Shown: positions 48,148-58,401, counted from the stretch's first letter. The stretch: 64,000 bases of DNA from a candidate division WOR-3 bacterium (GCA_020343595.1 CP070802.1:13377-77376); one strand, 5' to 3'. The notes: generated by a model not told the origin, from the letters alone. Program-made: numbers and translations.

Positions 48148-48175
48148 TTGACAAATACAGGAAATGCGATATGAT
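48148..48175 (+). promoter_or_regulatory. sigma70-type promoter, leaderless
   Basis: TTGACA-16nt-TATGAT, 5 nt to ATG at 48181. Confidence 0.75.
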
Positions 48176-48180
48176 TAAGT

Positions 48181-50202
48181 ATGGATCAGAGGCTCATACT
48201 GGAGCTGATGACAGAATTGGCACATGGTCTCGATGCTGCTCGATCCTACCCGCTCGAACATCCGGAAGTCAAAAGCACCGTATCAAACGCTGTGTCTGCA
48301 CTCGAGAGCATATTCTCGGCCAGCAATGAATTTACCGTGCGCTTCTCTGGCCGAGCGCTCATCGTGGACGACGCGCGTGTGGGAACCGATGATAACCAGA
48401 AGTTGGTCTCGCTGCTTGACGAATTGAGTGGAAAGGGCGTAACTGGCATGAGATTTACCGCCGGCGTTGTCAGCAATGATGTCGTCAACTTGTATTCGGT
48501 GCTTGCCGGTGATCTCTCTGAGATCAAAAAATATGGCGATTTCTCTGAGGCACTGACGGCCAGGAGAGTACAGAACATATCCTTGGAGGTTGGCAAGACA
48601 TCCTCTCCTGAGAATGCCAGAGGAAGGAGTAGTCCCCACGAAGAGATCATAAAAGCGATACGTGGTTTGGTCAAGATCGCCCGCGAACGTGCTGCCATTT
48701 CAGAAGCCAAGATACCCTTCACCGAGATCATGAATCGTATAGAACATGTGTCGAGCGCGGACTGGCATCCGTACCGGGAAGCCATGGCGAGCGTCGTAGA
48801 ACTTTTGCCGGTTGAAAAAAGAGTTGCACTTCTTCAGGATATCGAGATCAGACCATTCGCGCGTTCGCTCCTGGCAAGAATGGGGGGCGAAACAATGGTC
48901 GAGCTCATGACCAACTGGCAGCGACAGGGAAAGAGAGAGCACGTAACGCGCGCCATTGGTGCCGTAGAGAAAGAACGACTGCGGGAGATTATTCCTGAAT
49001 TGAAGAACCGTCAATTGAGTGTCTACCAGTATCTAAGCCTTGCCGGTATCGATGTACTAACGGAAGATGCCGTTTCCTGTACGATTGATGAGTCTGATAT
49101 TGAAACAGTGCTACACCTCTATGACGAGATGATCGAAGCGCAGAATGCAGAGCTGCACACGAATGCCCTTTGTTCGATGATTGTATTTGCGGATCGCCTG
49201 GGCCGAGAGAAGAAGTATGATATGGCCAGTGACGTGATCACCCGCATCTCGGCCGCCATCGAACAGGAGCCTTCCGATGCCGTCATCGCGGGTATCCTTG
49301 CCGATCTGGAGTTGCTGTATGCAGTAGTATCTGCACAGGGACAAACAGATTCATGCGAGATATTGATAGAACCCTTTGGTAGAATACTCGGTCGCAGCAC
49401 GATTTCACTGGGGACCCGGCGTCGGATAATACAGTATTTGAGTAAGACCGGCAATCCGTCTGTGCTCCACCTGCTCTTCTCACTATTGTGGGAGAGCGGT
49501 TTGTATCCCGATGTCCGCGCTGCGATAATCGGCTTCGGAGGAAAGGCCGTCAGCGAGGCAATACAACTGCTGCGCGACGCCGAGGATTTCTCGGTGCGCA
49601 TGAAACTGATCGACGTGCTCAAGAATATCGGCAATGAGAGCCTGGAGATCCTGGCCGATAATCTCGGCAGCCGGGAATGGTTTCTCCGTCGTAATATCGT
49701 GCGGATCTTCGGTGAAATTGGCGATTCAAGCGTGATCCCCAGACTGGAGGAAATGCTCCAGGATGAGGATCATCGGGTCCGTATTGAAGTTGTCCGTACG
49801 TACGGAAAATTCAACTATAAAGATGGTCTGATGATGGCGCTGAAAGATGGTTCACTCCACGTGAAGGCGGAAGCACTGCGATCACTAAGGCGTATGCTTG
49901 ACGCCGAGGAAGTGATCGATCTGCTTTCTCAGCTCGGTACGTCGGGTGATGAGGTATATGTTGAATTGTTAAAGATCGTTGACGAGAAGAGGGTCTTCGA
50001 GGCCGTGCCCTGGATAGGGGAAATGATGAACCGCATTGAATGGAGGAAAGACGCGCCCGCTATTGAGATCAAGCGCCTCGCCATCAATACTCTAGCAAAA
50101 CTGGGGGGCGATGACGCGAAGATGATTCTGTTGCATCTGAGCAATGGCGAGGACAGAAGGATTTCAGAACTTGCTTCAAGTATGCTTAAGCGAATTAGCT
50201 GA
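48181..50202 (+). CDS. HEAT-repeat protein
   Basis: N-terminal SYPLEHP motif; C-terminal HEAT repeats (WFLRRNIVRIFGEIG, HRVRIEVV). Confidence 0.85.
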   Translation: MDQRLILELMTELAHGLDAARSYPLEHPEVKSTVSNAVSALESIFSASNEFTVRFSGRALIVDDARVGTDDNQKLVSLLDELSGKGVTGMRFTAGVVSNDVVNLYSVLAGDLSEIKKYGDFSEALTARRVQNISLEVGKTSSPENARGRSSPHEEIIKAIRGLVKIARERAAISEAKIPFTEIMNRIEHVSSADWHPYREAMASVVELLPVEKRVALLQDIEIRPFARSLLARMGGETMVELMTNWQRQGKREHVTRAIGAVEKERLREIIPELKNRQLSVYQYLSLAGIDVLTEDAVSCTIDESDIETVLHLYDEMIEAQNAELHTNALCSMIVFADRLGREKKYDMASDVITRISAAIEQEPSDAVIAGILADLELLYAVVSAQGQTDSCEILIEPFGRILGRSTISLGTRRRIIQYLSKTGNPSVLHLLFSLLWESGLYPDVRAAIIGFGGKAVSEAIQLLRDAEDFSVRMKLIDVLKNIGNESLEILADNLGSREWFLRRNIVRIFGEIGDSSVIPRLEEMLQDEDHRVRIEVVRTYGKFNYKDGLMMALKDGSLHVKAEALRSLRRMLDAEEVIDLLSQLGTSGDEVYVELLKIVDEKRVFEAVPWIGEMMNRIEWRKDAPAIEIKRLAINTLAKLGGDDAKMILLHLSNGEDRRISELASSMLKRIS

Positions 50203-50226
50203 TGTTTACTCATCGAGAGTGAAGAG

Positions 50227-51735
50227 ATGATCTTAGTCATCGATTTCGGGTCGCAGTATACGCAACTGATCGCCCGGCGGATAAGAGAGTGCAAGGTTTA
50301 TTCTGAAATAGTCGGCTGCAATGCAGATCTTTCCAAGCTGGACCCTGAAAAAGTAGAGGGCATCGTTCTTTCTGGAGGTCCGGGTAGCGTATATGACATC
50401 GATGTGAAAAAATACCGTAAGATATTCACGCTTGGTGTTCCGGTTCTCGGGATATGTTATGGTATGCAACTTGCTGCGCAGTTATTTGGCGGTAAAGTGA
50501 AGAAATGCAGAACCAGCGAGTATGGAATGGCTCCACTCAGGCATAGCGGAAATCTGCTTTTTAAGAGCGTCCCGCGCAGGGTCAGGGTATGGATGAGCCA
50601 TGGTGACGTTGTGGTCAAGGTCCCTGCAGATGCACGGGTGATAGCACGCACCGAGACGACGCCGATCGCTGCTTTCCAGCTGGGGAATTTCTACGGCCTG
50701 CAGTTCCATCCCGAAGTGCGCCACACACGCTACGGTATGCAGATGATAAGAAATTTTATTTCCGAGATATGCCGTGCAGCTAAGACCTGGTCGATGCAGA
50801 GGTTTGTCGATGGCGAGATTATGCGCATAAGAAAGAAGGTGGGCCGTGATCGGGCGATATGCGGAATCAGTGGCGGCATCGATTCGACGGTGGCCGGGAC
50901 AATAGCCGCGCGCGCGCTAGGTAAGAACCTGATCGGCGTATTCGTGGACAACGGTGTTCTGAGGCTTGCTGAGAGAGAAGAAGTGGAGGCAAATTTGGGT
51001 TCGATCATGAACCTCAAGGTCATTGATGCGCGTGATCGGTTCTTGAAGAAACTGGCCGGGGTGAAGGATGCGGAAAGAAAAAGGAAGATCATTGGGCATG
51101 AGTTCATCCGGATATTTGAGGCGGAAGCGAAGAAGGTGAATAATGTTAGATACCTCGTTCAAGGTACCCTTTACCCGGATGTAATTGAGTCCGGCCGCGG
51201 GATCGGACCGGCTGATGTCATAAAGAGTCATCATAATGTCGGCGGTCTGCCCAAGAGAATGAAACTGAAAATAATCGAGCCGCTCAGGATGCTCTTCAAG
51301 GACGAAGTGCGGGCAATCGCTAAACATCTCAAACTCCCCCCATCGTTCATTGATCGAAAACCCTTTCCCGGACCAGGCCTGGCCGTGCGTATTGTCGGGG
51401 TCGTGAATCCGGCGCGTCTTTCGATGCTTAGACAAGCCGACCGTATACTCCAGGAAGAAGCCCGTCGTTTGAGTAGGTACCGGGACATCTGGCAGATCTT
51501 TGCGGTTCTGCTGCCGCTCGGCAGCGTGGGGGTTATGGGAGACAGGCGAACGTACGATTCCGTATGTGCAATAAGAGCCGTGCACAGTGACGACGGCATG
51601 ACGGCGGATTGGGTCAGGCTGCCGCATGGATTTCTCGATCGCGTTTCTCGGAGAATCGTCAACGAGGTGAAGGGGATAAACCGTGTTGTCTTCGATATAA
51701 CCTCCAAACCGCCTGCGACAATAGAATGGGAATGA
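50227..51735 (+). CDS. guaA: GMP synthase (glutamine-hydrolysing)
   Basis: DFGSQYTQLIARR, GICYGMQ, QFHPEV, SGGIDS, QGTLYPDVIES, KSHHNVGGL, KPPATIEWE. Confidence 0.98.
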   Translation: MILVIDFGSQYTQLIARRIRECKVYSEIVGCNADLSKLDPEKVEGIVLSGGPGSVYDIDVKKYRKIFTLGVPVLGICYGMQLAAQLFGGKVKKCRTSEYGMAPLRHSGNLLFKSVPRRVRVWMSHGDVVVKVPADARVIARTETTPIAAFQLGNFYGLQFHPEVRHTRYGMQMIRNFISEICRAAKTWSMQRFVDGEIMRIRKKVGRDRAICGISGGIDSTVAGTIAARALGKNLIGVFVDNGVLRLAEREEVEANLGSIMNLKVIDARDRFLKKLAGVKDAERKRKIIGHEFIRIFEAEAKKVNNVRYLVQGTLYPDVIESGRGIGPADVIKSHHNVGGLPKRMKLKIIEPLRMLFKDEVRAIAKHLKLPPSFIDRKPFPGPGLAVRIVGVVNPARLSMLRQADRILQEEARRLSRYRDIWQIFAVLLPLGSVGVMGDRRTYDSVCAIRAVHSDDGMTADWVRLPHGFLDRVSRRIVNEVKGINRVVFDITSKPPATIEWE

Positions 51736-53681
51736 TAGCAGTATACATAGTCGCAATCATCTACGGTGTGATCAGTGGTATCGGTGTTCTGAACCGGGGA
51801 CTGGGGGCACCTTATACATACCTTTTTCTTTTCGCTGTTGCTGCATACTACATATCGTATGTCTCGTTGCGCAAGATCAACTTTTTGCATACCATCTCGG
51901 CTGGCGTGGTCGCAAACCTTGTGGTGCAGTTGTCGGGCGGCGTTCATTCGCCCCTTTTTCTCGTCTACTTCATTACCTTTTTGATCATTGGATTCAGGGA
52001 TAACACGCGGAGCTATTGGATCGTTTCCCTCGGGATAATCGGCGTCGAAATCTCTTCCGGCTTGATCAACGGTCCGATTCTCATATTGCCGATCATTTTT
52101 CTCATCTTTGCAGTATTCATGGTTGGATTTGTCATCGACAGCATGCAAGGTCATCAGGGACGCATGGCGCGGTTGCTCTCGAGGTATGAGACAAGAGAGA
52201 GGTTTTTTTCACCGGCTCAGTATGATTCTGACAAGGTCCGTACGACGGTCGGAGAAATCGATCGGCATAAGGGGATAGAGCGGCCACTCCTCTATTTTGT
52301 AAGATTCCTACACCATGTCTTTGATGCACACACGACGGTGATCTTCGCCAATGGCGGAGAACGACTGGTACTCGTACAGGGTTTTTCACATTCAGAACTC
52401 TTCTTCCCGGAAGCTGTTATTGAAACGAGGTCCGGGCTTTACCGTCAGGTCATAGGCGAACGTAAATCGATCCTGATAAAGGAATACTTGCAGAGCCCGG
52501 ATGAGCTCGGTTACTACCGGGGAACCGTGCAGATCGGCTCGGTCATGATCGCACCGATCGTCTTGATCGAAAGTGTGGTCGGCGTTATTGCGATTGACCG
52601 CAAGACGGGGTCGTTCGGTGAGAAAGAGAAGGCAATATTCGATGAAGCCGCGAATACCGCAGGGTTCCTGCTTGCTATGCTACGTCTCTACGAGAAAGCA
52701 CGTTACGATGTCCAGCATCTTTCCTCAATCGCCGAACTTGCCGAAAAACTGCATAAGAAATTGGATCTGAACGAGATCCTCTCCAATACGATTGAGGCAT
52801 TCAGGCATTTCATGCCCTGCGACGACGTGTCGATCGCGAGCGTCGATGAAGTGAATAATGTCGGAGAAGTGCTGATTTCCACATATCTCGAAGATGGCAT
52901 CAGTTTTTCTTTGAGTGATGGTCTTGTCGGTTTTGTCGCACGCCACAGGAATTCGATCATCAAGGACGATCTCAGTCAGGGTAACCTTGTCGTTTTCAAG
53001 AAGGATGTCAAAACGCCAAACGCATCTTTTGTGGGTGTACCGATCCAGCAGGATGACGAATTGCTCGGTGTGATCTGGCTCGAAGACCATCAGCGCAGGA
53101 AATTCAATGAGGACGATGTCCGGATCCTGAATATCCTTTCATACCAGTTGTCGCTGGCCTGGCAGCGCGCGATCCTGTACGGGAAGGTCAAAGAGCTATC
53201 GATTCGCGATGGGTTGACCGACCTGTACAATCATCGTCATTTCCAGGAGATTCTTGAAGCGCAGATGAGTGAGGTCGATGAACTTGCGCTGATACTCCTT
53301 GACATCGATCATTTCAAGAAGATCAACGACACATACGGTCACCAGGCTGGTGATGAAGTCCTGAAATTTCTTGCAAGATTGATATCGCAGATCGGCATTG
53401 CCGCGCGATATGGGGGGGAGGAATTTGCGATCATCATACCTAAGTGTTCGTTGAAAAAGGCCATGGACAAGGCGGTCCGGATGAAGGACCAACTGCTCAA
53501 ATCCGAGATCCACTTCAATGGTGCAAAGATAAGATTCACGGTGAGCATCGGGATCGCGCATTATCCTAATGATGCTGGCAACAGGGTGGGACTGATCGAA
53601 AAGGCAGACCGGGCACTGTATCTCGCAAAAGAACAGGGCCGTGACCGTATCATCATCGCTCAAACCATGCAAGTCAAATGA
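51732..53681 (+). CDS. Membrane-anchored GAF-GAF-GGDEF diguanylate cyclase
   Basis: About 5 TM helices, two GAF-like domains, RDGLTDLYN, DIDHFKKINDTYGHQAGD, RYGGEEF; ATGA overlap with guaA. Confidence 0.9.
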   Translation: MIAVYIVAIIYGVISGIGVLNRGLGAPYTYLFLFAVAAYYISYVSLRKINFLHTISAGVVANLVVQLSGGVHSPLFLVYFITFLIIGFRDNTRSYWIVSLGIIGVEISSGLINGPILILPIIFLIFAVFMVGFVIDSMQGHQGRMARLLSRYETRERFFSPAQYDSDKVRTTVGEIDRHKGIERPLLYFVRFLHHVFDAHTTVIFANGGERLVLVQGFSHSELFFPEAVIETRSGLYRQVIGERKSILIKEYLQSPDELGYYRGTVQIGSVMIAPIVLIESVVGVIAIDRKTGSFGEKEKAIFDEAANTAGFLLAMLRLYEKARYDVQHLSSIAELAEKLHKKLDLNEILSNTIEAFRHFMPCDDVSIASVDEVNNVGEVLISTYLEDGISFSLSDGLVGFVARHRNSIIKDDLSQGNLVVFKKDVKTPNASFVGVPIQQDDELLGVIWLEDHQRRKFNEDDVRILNILSYQLSLAWQRAILYGKVKELSIRDGLTDLYNHRHFQEILEAQMSEVDELALILLDIDHFKKINDTYGHQAGDEVLKFLARLISQIGIAARYGGEEFAIIIPKCSLKKAMDKAVRMKDQLLKSEIHFNGAKIRFTVSIGIAHYPNDAGNRVGLIEKADRALYLAKEQGRDRIIIAQTMQVK

Positions 53682-54574
53682 GTTTCGGCATAGCACTGGG
53701 AGGCGGAGGAGCAAAGGGTCTGGCCCATGTGGGAGTGCTGGAAGTCCTGGAAGAACACGGGATCAGACCGGCTTATGTTGCCGGAACTTCGATCGGCTCG
53801 GTGGTCGGCGCGATTTATTGTCTGCAGGGTACCGCAGATGGATTAAGGAAGAAGGCAAAGTCGATGATCGCGTCAGAGGAATTCAAGAACCTGGAACTCG
53901 ACAAATTCTATACACGCGAGAAAAATATCTTCGAACGCTTCAAACATGAACTCTTCGAGAAATTCTATCTCGGCTCGCTGCTGTTCAAAAGATCACATTC
54001 AAAATATGATGCAACGCGAAAGATATTCCATGATATGCTCGGGAAGAGCGATTTCAAGGATTGTTTGATCGGTTTCGTGTGCAATGCGCTCGATATACAG
54101 AGCGGTGAAGAAGTCGTCTTCACGAAAGGGCTGCTTGCCGAAGCGGTCTGGGCGAGCTGTGCGATACCAGGTATCTTTCCGCCTTATGTGCAGGGCAAGC
54201 GGTTGCTCGTCGACGGTGGGGTCATCGATAGTATTCCCGTTGAGCCGCTACGCAGCATCGGGGCCAGAAGCGTGCTCGCCGTTTACTTGAGCCAGCGCCC
54301 GAAGTATCAGGGTGACCCCAACACCGGTTTCCAGATCAACCAGCGTTCCTATTCTTTCATGAAATACCATCTCGACCAGCGTGTCCTTGACCGTGCAGAT
54401 CTTGTAGTAATGCCGGACGTCCGTGGTTTTCATTGGGCTGACTTCAATTCGGTCGATGAGCTGGTCGAGCGTGGCCGGAAGGCGGCATTGAAGAACATTG
54501 AAGCCATAAAGTCCATTAAAGGATTTCGCTACCGCGTTAAGAGGATCTTCAGTAAACACTTCTCGATAAGATGA
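53678..54574 (+). CDS. Patatin-like phospholipase (RssA/NTE type)
   Basis: GGGGAKGLAH, GTSIG, VDGG; ATGA overlap. Confidence 0.93.
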   Translation: MSFGIALGGGGAKGLAHVGVLEVLEEHGIRPAYVAGTSIGSVVGAIYCLQGTADGLRKKAKSMIASEEFKNLELDKFYTREKNIFERFKHELFEKFYLGSLLFKRSHSKYDATRKIFHDMLGKSDFKDCLIGFVCNALDIQSGEEVVFTKGLLAEAVWASCAIPGIFPPYVQGKRLLVDGGVIDSIPVEPLRSIGARSVLAVYLSQRPKYQGDPNTGFQINQRSYSFMKYHLDQRVLDRADLVVMPDVRGFHWADFNSVDELVERGRKAALKNIEAIKSIKGFRYRVKRIFSKHFSIR

Positions 54575-54634
54575 TGTGATGTGTGAGAGGTGTAGAACAC
54601 AACCATAAATGCTCAGGTTCCCAAGTTGGGTGGA

Positions 54635-55339
54635 TCAGGGCGAGTTCTTTCCGTAGTACTTCAGTGCTATACTCCCGTTTTCTATAGTAGCATAGGAAAA
54701 GTGTCTGACCCAGTCTCCAGTGTTAACGTAGTATTTGTCGCGGGCCAACTTCTTGAAGACAGGATTATGTGAGTGAGCCAGCATCACTATGTCGACGTCA
54801 TTGAGCATCCGTGATGCGTAGCTCTCGAGCATATGGTCGAGTTCCCTGCTGGGTTCCTGTTTTCGAGAGAACCTGGCAACGGACTGGGCAAGTGAAATAC
54901 CGAGGTCCGGATGGATGAGACGGAATAGCTTGTGATTGAGCCTGGAGGTGAGCAGTCTATCCCATAGTGAAGTCCATAGGCGCTTGTCGATTGTGTTTCC
55001 ATGAGCGAGCAGGACGCGCTTGCCGTCGATTTCAAAAACGTTTGGCCCCCGGTGAACCGTGAACCCGAAATTTTTGAGAAAATCTCCTATTGATATCTCA
55101 TGGTTGCCCAGTATGTAGTGAATGTTCTTACCTTCGTTCAGGATGCTGTAGAGAACAGCGAGAAGTCTGAAATAGTCCTTTGGAAAGACCAGATGATACT
55201 CAAACCAGATCTCGAAGAGGTCACCTAAGATGTATAGCTCGGTGAGATCCGGCCGTATTTCACGGAGGAAGTTCAGAAGCATTCTGCAGCGTTCGCTGCT
55301 GTCATTGCGTATGTGAGCGTCGCTTATGAAAACATGCAC
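54635..55339 (-). CDS. lpxH: UDP-2,3-diacylglucosamine diphosphatase (LpxH-like)
   Basis: FISDAH, LGDLFEIW, GNHE, AHG, AHSH, NTGDW. Confidence 0.82.
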   Translation of the reverse strand: MHVFISDAHIRNDSSERCRMLLNFLREIRPDLTELYILGDLFEIWFEYHLVFPKDYFRLLAVLYSILNEGKNIHYILGNHEISIGDFLKNFGFTVHRGPNVFEIDGKRVLLAHGNTIDKRLWTSLWDRLLTSRLNHKLFRLIHPDLGISLAQSVARFSRKQEPSRELDHMLESYASRMLNDVDIVMLAHSHNPVFKKLARDKYYVNTGDWVRHFSYATIENGSIALKYYGKNSP

Positions 55340-55367
55340 TCATTCCTCCGTTTCACCGTCATTCCTT

Positions 55368-55395
55368 AATATAGTATGAATCCAGCCCGTGTCAA
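55368..55395 (-). promoter_or_regulatory. sigma70-type promoter
   Basis: TTGACA-16nt-TATATT; GGAGG before GTG at 55339. Confidence 0.6.
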
Positions 55396-55556
55396 TGAAG
55401 ATGGAGGACCGCAGGTTTTTGAGTGCTCCGATTGTCAGAATAGTAAGGAGGAAATGATCGCCGCGTTGCCTGTAGCGAACTGCCGCCTCGGCGGGGAAAC
55501 GAAGAGCGATTGGTCGCTCAATGATTGGCAGCGCTGCAGCAGTGAAGCTGCGGGAG

Positions 55557-55584
55557 TTGACACCTCTGGGGCTCTGAGTATAAT
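55557..55584 (+). promoter_or_regulatory. sigma70-type promoter, leaderless
   Basis: TTGACA-16nt-TATAAT, 6 nt to ATG at 55591. Confidence 0.8.
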
Positions 55585-55590
55585 AATCTC

Positions 55591-58401
55591 ATGAATAGTT
55601 TAATGATGTTGGGCTTGATCATCTTTTCACAGTACTTCGGTCAAAATAAGATCCAGTATAAAGACTTCGACTTCCGTGTTCTCGAAACCGAGCATTTCAA
55701 TATCTATTTCTATCAGGGATGCGATGAACTGGCGGCTTTCGCCGAGACCGTTCTTGAGGATGGCTACGCAATGCTCAGTGATGATTTGGGCATGGAGATC
55801 GATTTTACCATACCAGCGATAATATACAATTCACCGAACGATTTTTCACAGACGAATATCACGCTCGAACTCATCGAAGAGGCTACCGGTGGATTTTCAG
55901 AGATACTGAAGAACCGGATGGTCGTTCCTTTCACCGGGGACTATGAGGAGTTCCGGCATGTTTTGGTGCATGAGTTGACTCATATCTTCCAATTCGCGAT
56001 ATTCTTTCCGTCGCGGCTCGAAGCGATTTTCAGTGGCGACATACTCTATTCAATACCGCTATGGGTATTCGAAGGTCATTGTGAATTCATGTCGCAGGGT
56101 TGGGATGTTGGCGCGGACATATTCGTTCGAGACCTTGTAATCAACAACAAGCTCATTCCGATCTACGCACTCGGAGGATATGGAGGATTGATCGTCTACA
56201 AGGAGGGTCAGGCATTCTACAAGTACGTGGCCGAGAAATACGGGCGCGAAAAGGTCGGCGAGTTCCTTCATCTGATGAAGATGAAGCGAAATCTGGAACC
56301 GGCGTTCATGGCCGCCTTCGGTGTTACTCCCGAGGAATTTGATAAGCGCTGGCTCAGGTATTACCAGATGCAGTACTGGCCCGAGGTTGACGAAATGGAC
56401 TACTTTGATAACTTCGGCCGGATAATATACGATCACAAGAAAACCAATTCGATCTATAATGTTTCGCCTGCGATATCGCCGAACGGGGATAAGATCGCCT
56501 TCATCAGTGATCAGGGTGGGATTGCGCAGCTCCTCGTTGTTTCGAGCATCGACGGTCGACTCATCGGGAAACTGGTGAAGTCAGCATATTCTGCAGGTTA
56601 TGAGGGACTGCATCTGTATCATGGCGGGTTGTCATGGTCGCGTGACGGCGAATATATTACATTCGCAGCGAAATCCCGCGGTGATGATGTGCTGTACGTT
56701 GTGAGCGCCGCAGACGGTAAGGCATACAGGCGCATGAAGTTCGACCTCACAGGGATCTATTCACCAAGATTCAGCCCCGATGGTAAGCGCATAATATTCA
56801 CCGGCTTGAGGGATTCTTATTCAGATATCTACGTATGCGATATCGAAACGGGCATCCTTGAGAACATCACCAATGACATATATTCGGAGAGTTTTCCAGA
56901 CATACTGTCTGATGATCTGATCACCTTCATCTCCGACCGCCCGGATTCGAATGAAGACTACTACTACGGTCAGCATGGTCTATTTCTTTATGAACACGGA
57001 GAAATAAGCAGGATCTCCCCGCGATCGAAATACCTTGCATCCGCGACATTCGCTCCTGACGGCAGTATCTATTTTGTGGCCGACTACGATTCTGCCTATA
57101 ACCTCTACTATTATTCAAAGGAAGAGGGGAAAGTAAGCAAGAGGACCGACGTATTCAGCGGTATTTACTATCCTTCGATCTCTGCCGATGGCAACAAAAT
57201 GGCATTTTCTTATTATAATGACTACGGCTACGACGTTTGCATTGTCAAGGACGCCTTGACCAAGATGCTTGACTACACGGCGGTCGACAGTGTCAAGATT
57301 GCGCAGATTGATTACTACACCCCGGAACCGCTCGATGACGATGCTATTAAGAAATACAAACCGAGATTCACTTTCGATTATTTCTCGGCAAGCGCAGAAT
57401 ACTTCTCGGTACTTGGCTTTTCGGGCGTGACGCAGATCGGAGTGAGCGATATACTGGGTAACCATCATTTTCAGTTCGCCTCCAATTTCTACGGCAGCAT
57501 TCTGAGTTCGGATATATTCGTTAATTACTGGTATTTGAAGAAGCGGACCGATTTCGGTTTCGGCGTGTTTCAGTACCTGAATTATTTCTCGGATGGGTAT
57601 GATCTGCTGGTGTGGCGCTATCTCGGCCTTGGTGGCGGTATCCAATACCCGTTCGACCGGTTTTTCAGACTGGAATTGGGCATGTATGCCTACAAATTAT
57701 ACGAAACGCGGTGGTTAAACTATTTTCCGTTATACAGTTCAAACTGGTCGCAGACAGCGGATTACAATTTCTTCTATCCCGAGGTAGCGCTTGTGTTCGA
57801 TAACATCAAGTACGGACCGCTGGGGCCGCATGACGGAAGACGTTTCAGGATCGGTGGTTATGCTACAATATTCAGCAACAAGGACCTGAAGAGTGCGGTC
57901 CTTGACTACCGCAGATATTTCGCCCTTTCGCCGCGCGCGAGTTTTGCGTCGCGCCTTGTCCTTGCCGGCAGTTTCGGTGAAGATCTTGATTACTGGTCGA
58001 TCGGCGGGCCGTATTCTCTGCGGGGCTATGACTACTATGCATTCACCGGGAGCAAAATAGGTTTCATGAATCTCGAATTTCGTTTTCCGTTCATCGACCG
58101 TCTCAGTATTGCCTTCCCGATCCCGCTGGAAATTCGGAATATCCGTGCAGATATCTTTGCGGATTTCGGCGCCGTGCACACCGATTCGTTTAAATTCTAT
58201 GAAACCGATGGAGGATTCAGGCTGAAGGACCTTAAGCTTGGTGTTGGAGCGGGGTTGAGATTTACTTTCATGTATATCATATTCAGGTTGGATTTTGCAC
58301 GAGCCCATAACTTAAAGGGTTGGTACGAGTACTACAATTCGCCCACGGATTTCCAGCGTTCGGAGTGGAAGTTCTATTTGACCCTCAGTCCGGACTGGTG
58401 A
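55591..58401 (+). CDS. Outer-membrane protein: gluzincin (peptidase MA-like) domain, TolB/PD40 propeller and Omp85 (BamA/TamA-like) barrel
   Basis: YFGQNKIQY, HELTH...WVFEG..E, SPNGDKIAF/SPDGKRIIF repeats, IGGPYSLRGY, GVGAGLR, terminal aromatic (SPDW). Confidence 0.85.
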   Translation: MNSLMMLGLIIFSQYFGQNKIQYKDFDFRVLETEHFNIYFYQGCDELAAFAETVLEDGYAMLSDDLGMEIDFTIPAIIYNSPNDFSQTNITLELIEEATGGFSEILKNRMVVPFTGDYEEFRHVLVHELTHIFQFAIFFPSRLEAIFSGDILYSIPLWVFEGHCEFMSQGWDVGADIFVRDLVINNKLIPIYALGGYGGLIVYKEGQAFYKYVAEKYGREKVGEFLHLMKMKRNLEPAFMAAFGVTPEEFDKRWLRYYQMQYWPEVDEMDYFDNFGRIIYDHKKTNSIYNVSPAISPNGDKIAFISDQGGIAQLLVVSSIDGRLIGKLVKSAYSAGYEGLHLYHGGLSWSRDGEYITFAAKSRGDDVLYVVSAADGKAYRRMKFDLTGIYSPRFSPDGKRIIFTGLRDSYSDIYVCDIETGILENITNDIYSESFPDILSDDLITFISDRPDSNEDYYYGQHGLFLYEHGEISRISPRSKYLASATFAPDGSIYFVADYDSAYNLYYYSKEEGKVSKRTDVFSGIYYPSISADGNKMAFSYYNDYGYDVCIVKDALTKMLDYTAVDSVKIAQIDYYTPEPLDDDAIKKYKPRFTFDYFSASAEYFSVLGFSGVTQIGVSDILGNHHFQFASNFYGSILSSDIFVNYWYLKKRTDFGFGVFQYLNYFSDGYDLLVWRYLGLGGGIQYPFDRFFRLELGMYAYKLYETRWLNYFPLYSSNWSQTADYNFFYPEVALVFDNIKYGPLGPHDGRRFRIGGYATIFSNKDLKSAVLDYRRYFALSPRASFASRLVLAGSFGEDLDYWSIGGPYSLRGYDYYAFTGSKIGFMNLEFRFPFIDRLSIAFPIPLEIRNIRADIFADFGAVHTDSFKFYETDGGFRLKDLKLGVGAGLRFTFMYIIFRLDFARAHNLKGWYEYYNSPTDFQRSEWKFYLTLSPDW

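Noticed and set aside
50917-52154. Long minus-strand ORFs of 279 and 307 aa
   Set aside because: Antisense shadows of guaA and the diguanylate cyclase, with no recognisable motifs.
53678-54574. Patatin plus nucleotide cyclase as a CBASS (CapV-like) defence system
   Set aside because: The cyclase is a GGDEF, not a CD-NTase; the patatin has the housekeeping RssA/NTE-type motif; no Cap2/Cap3 genes are nearby.
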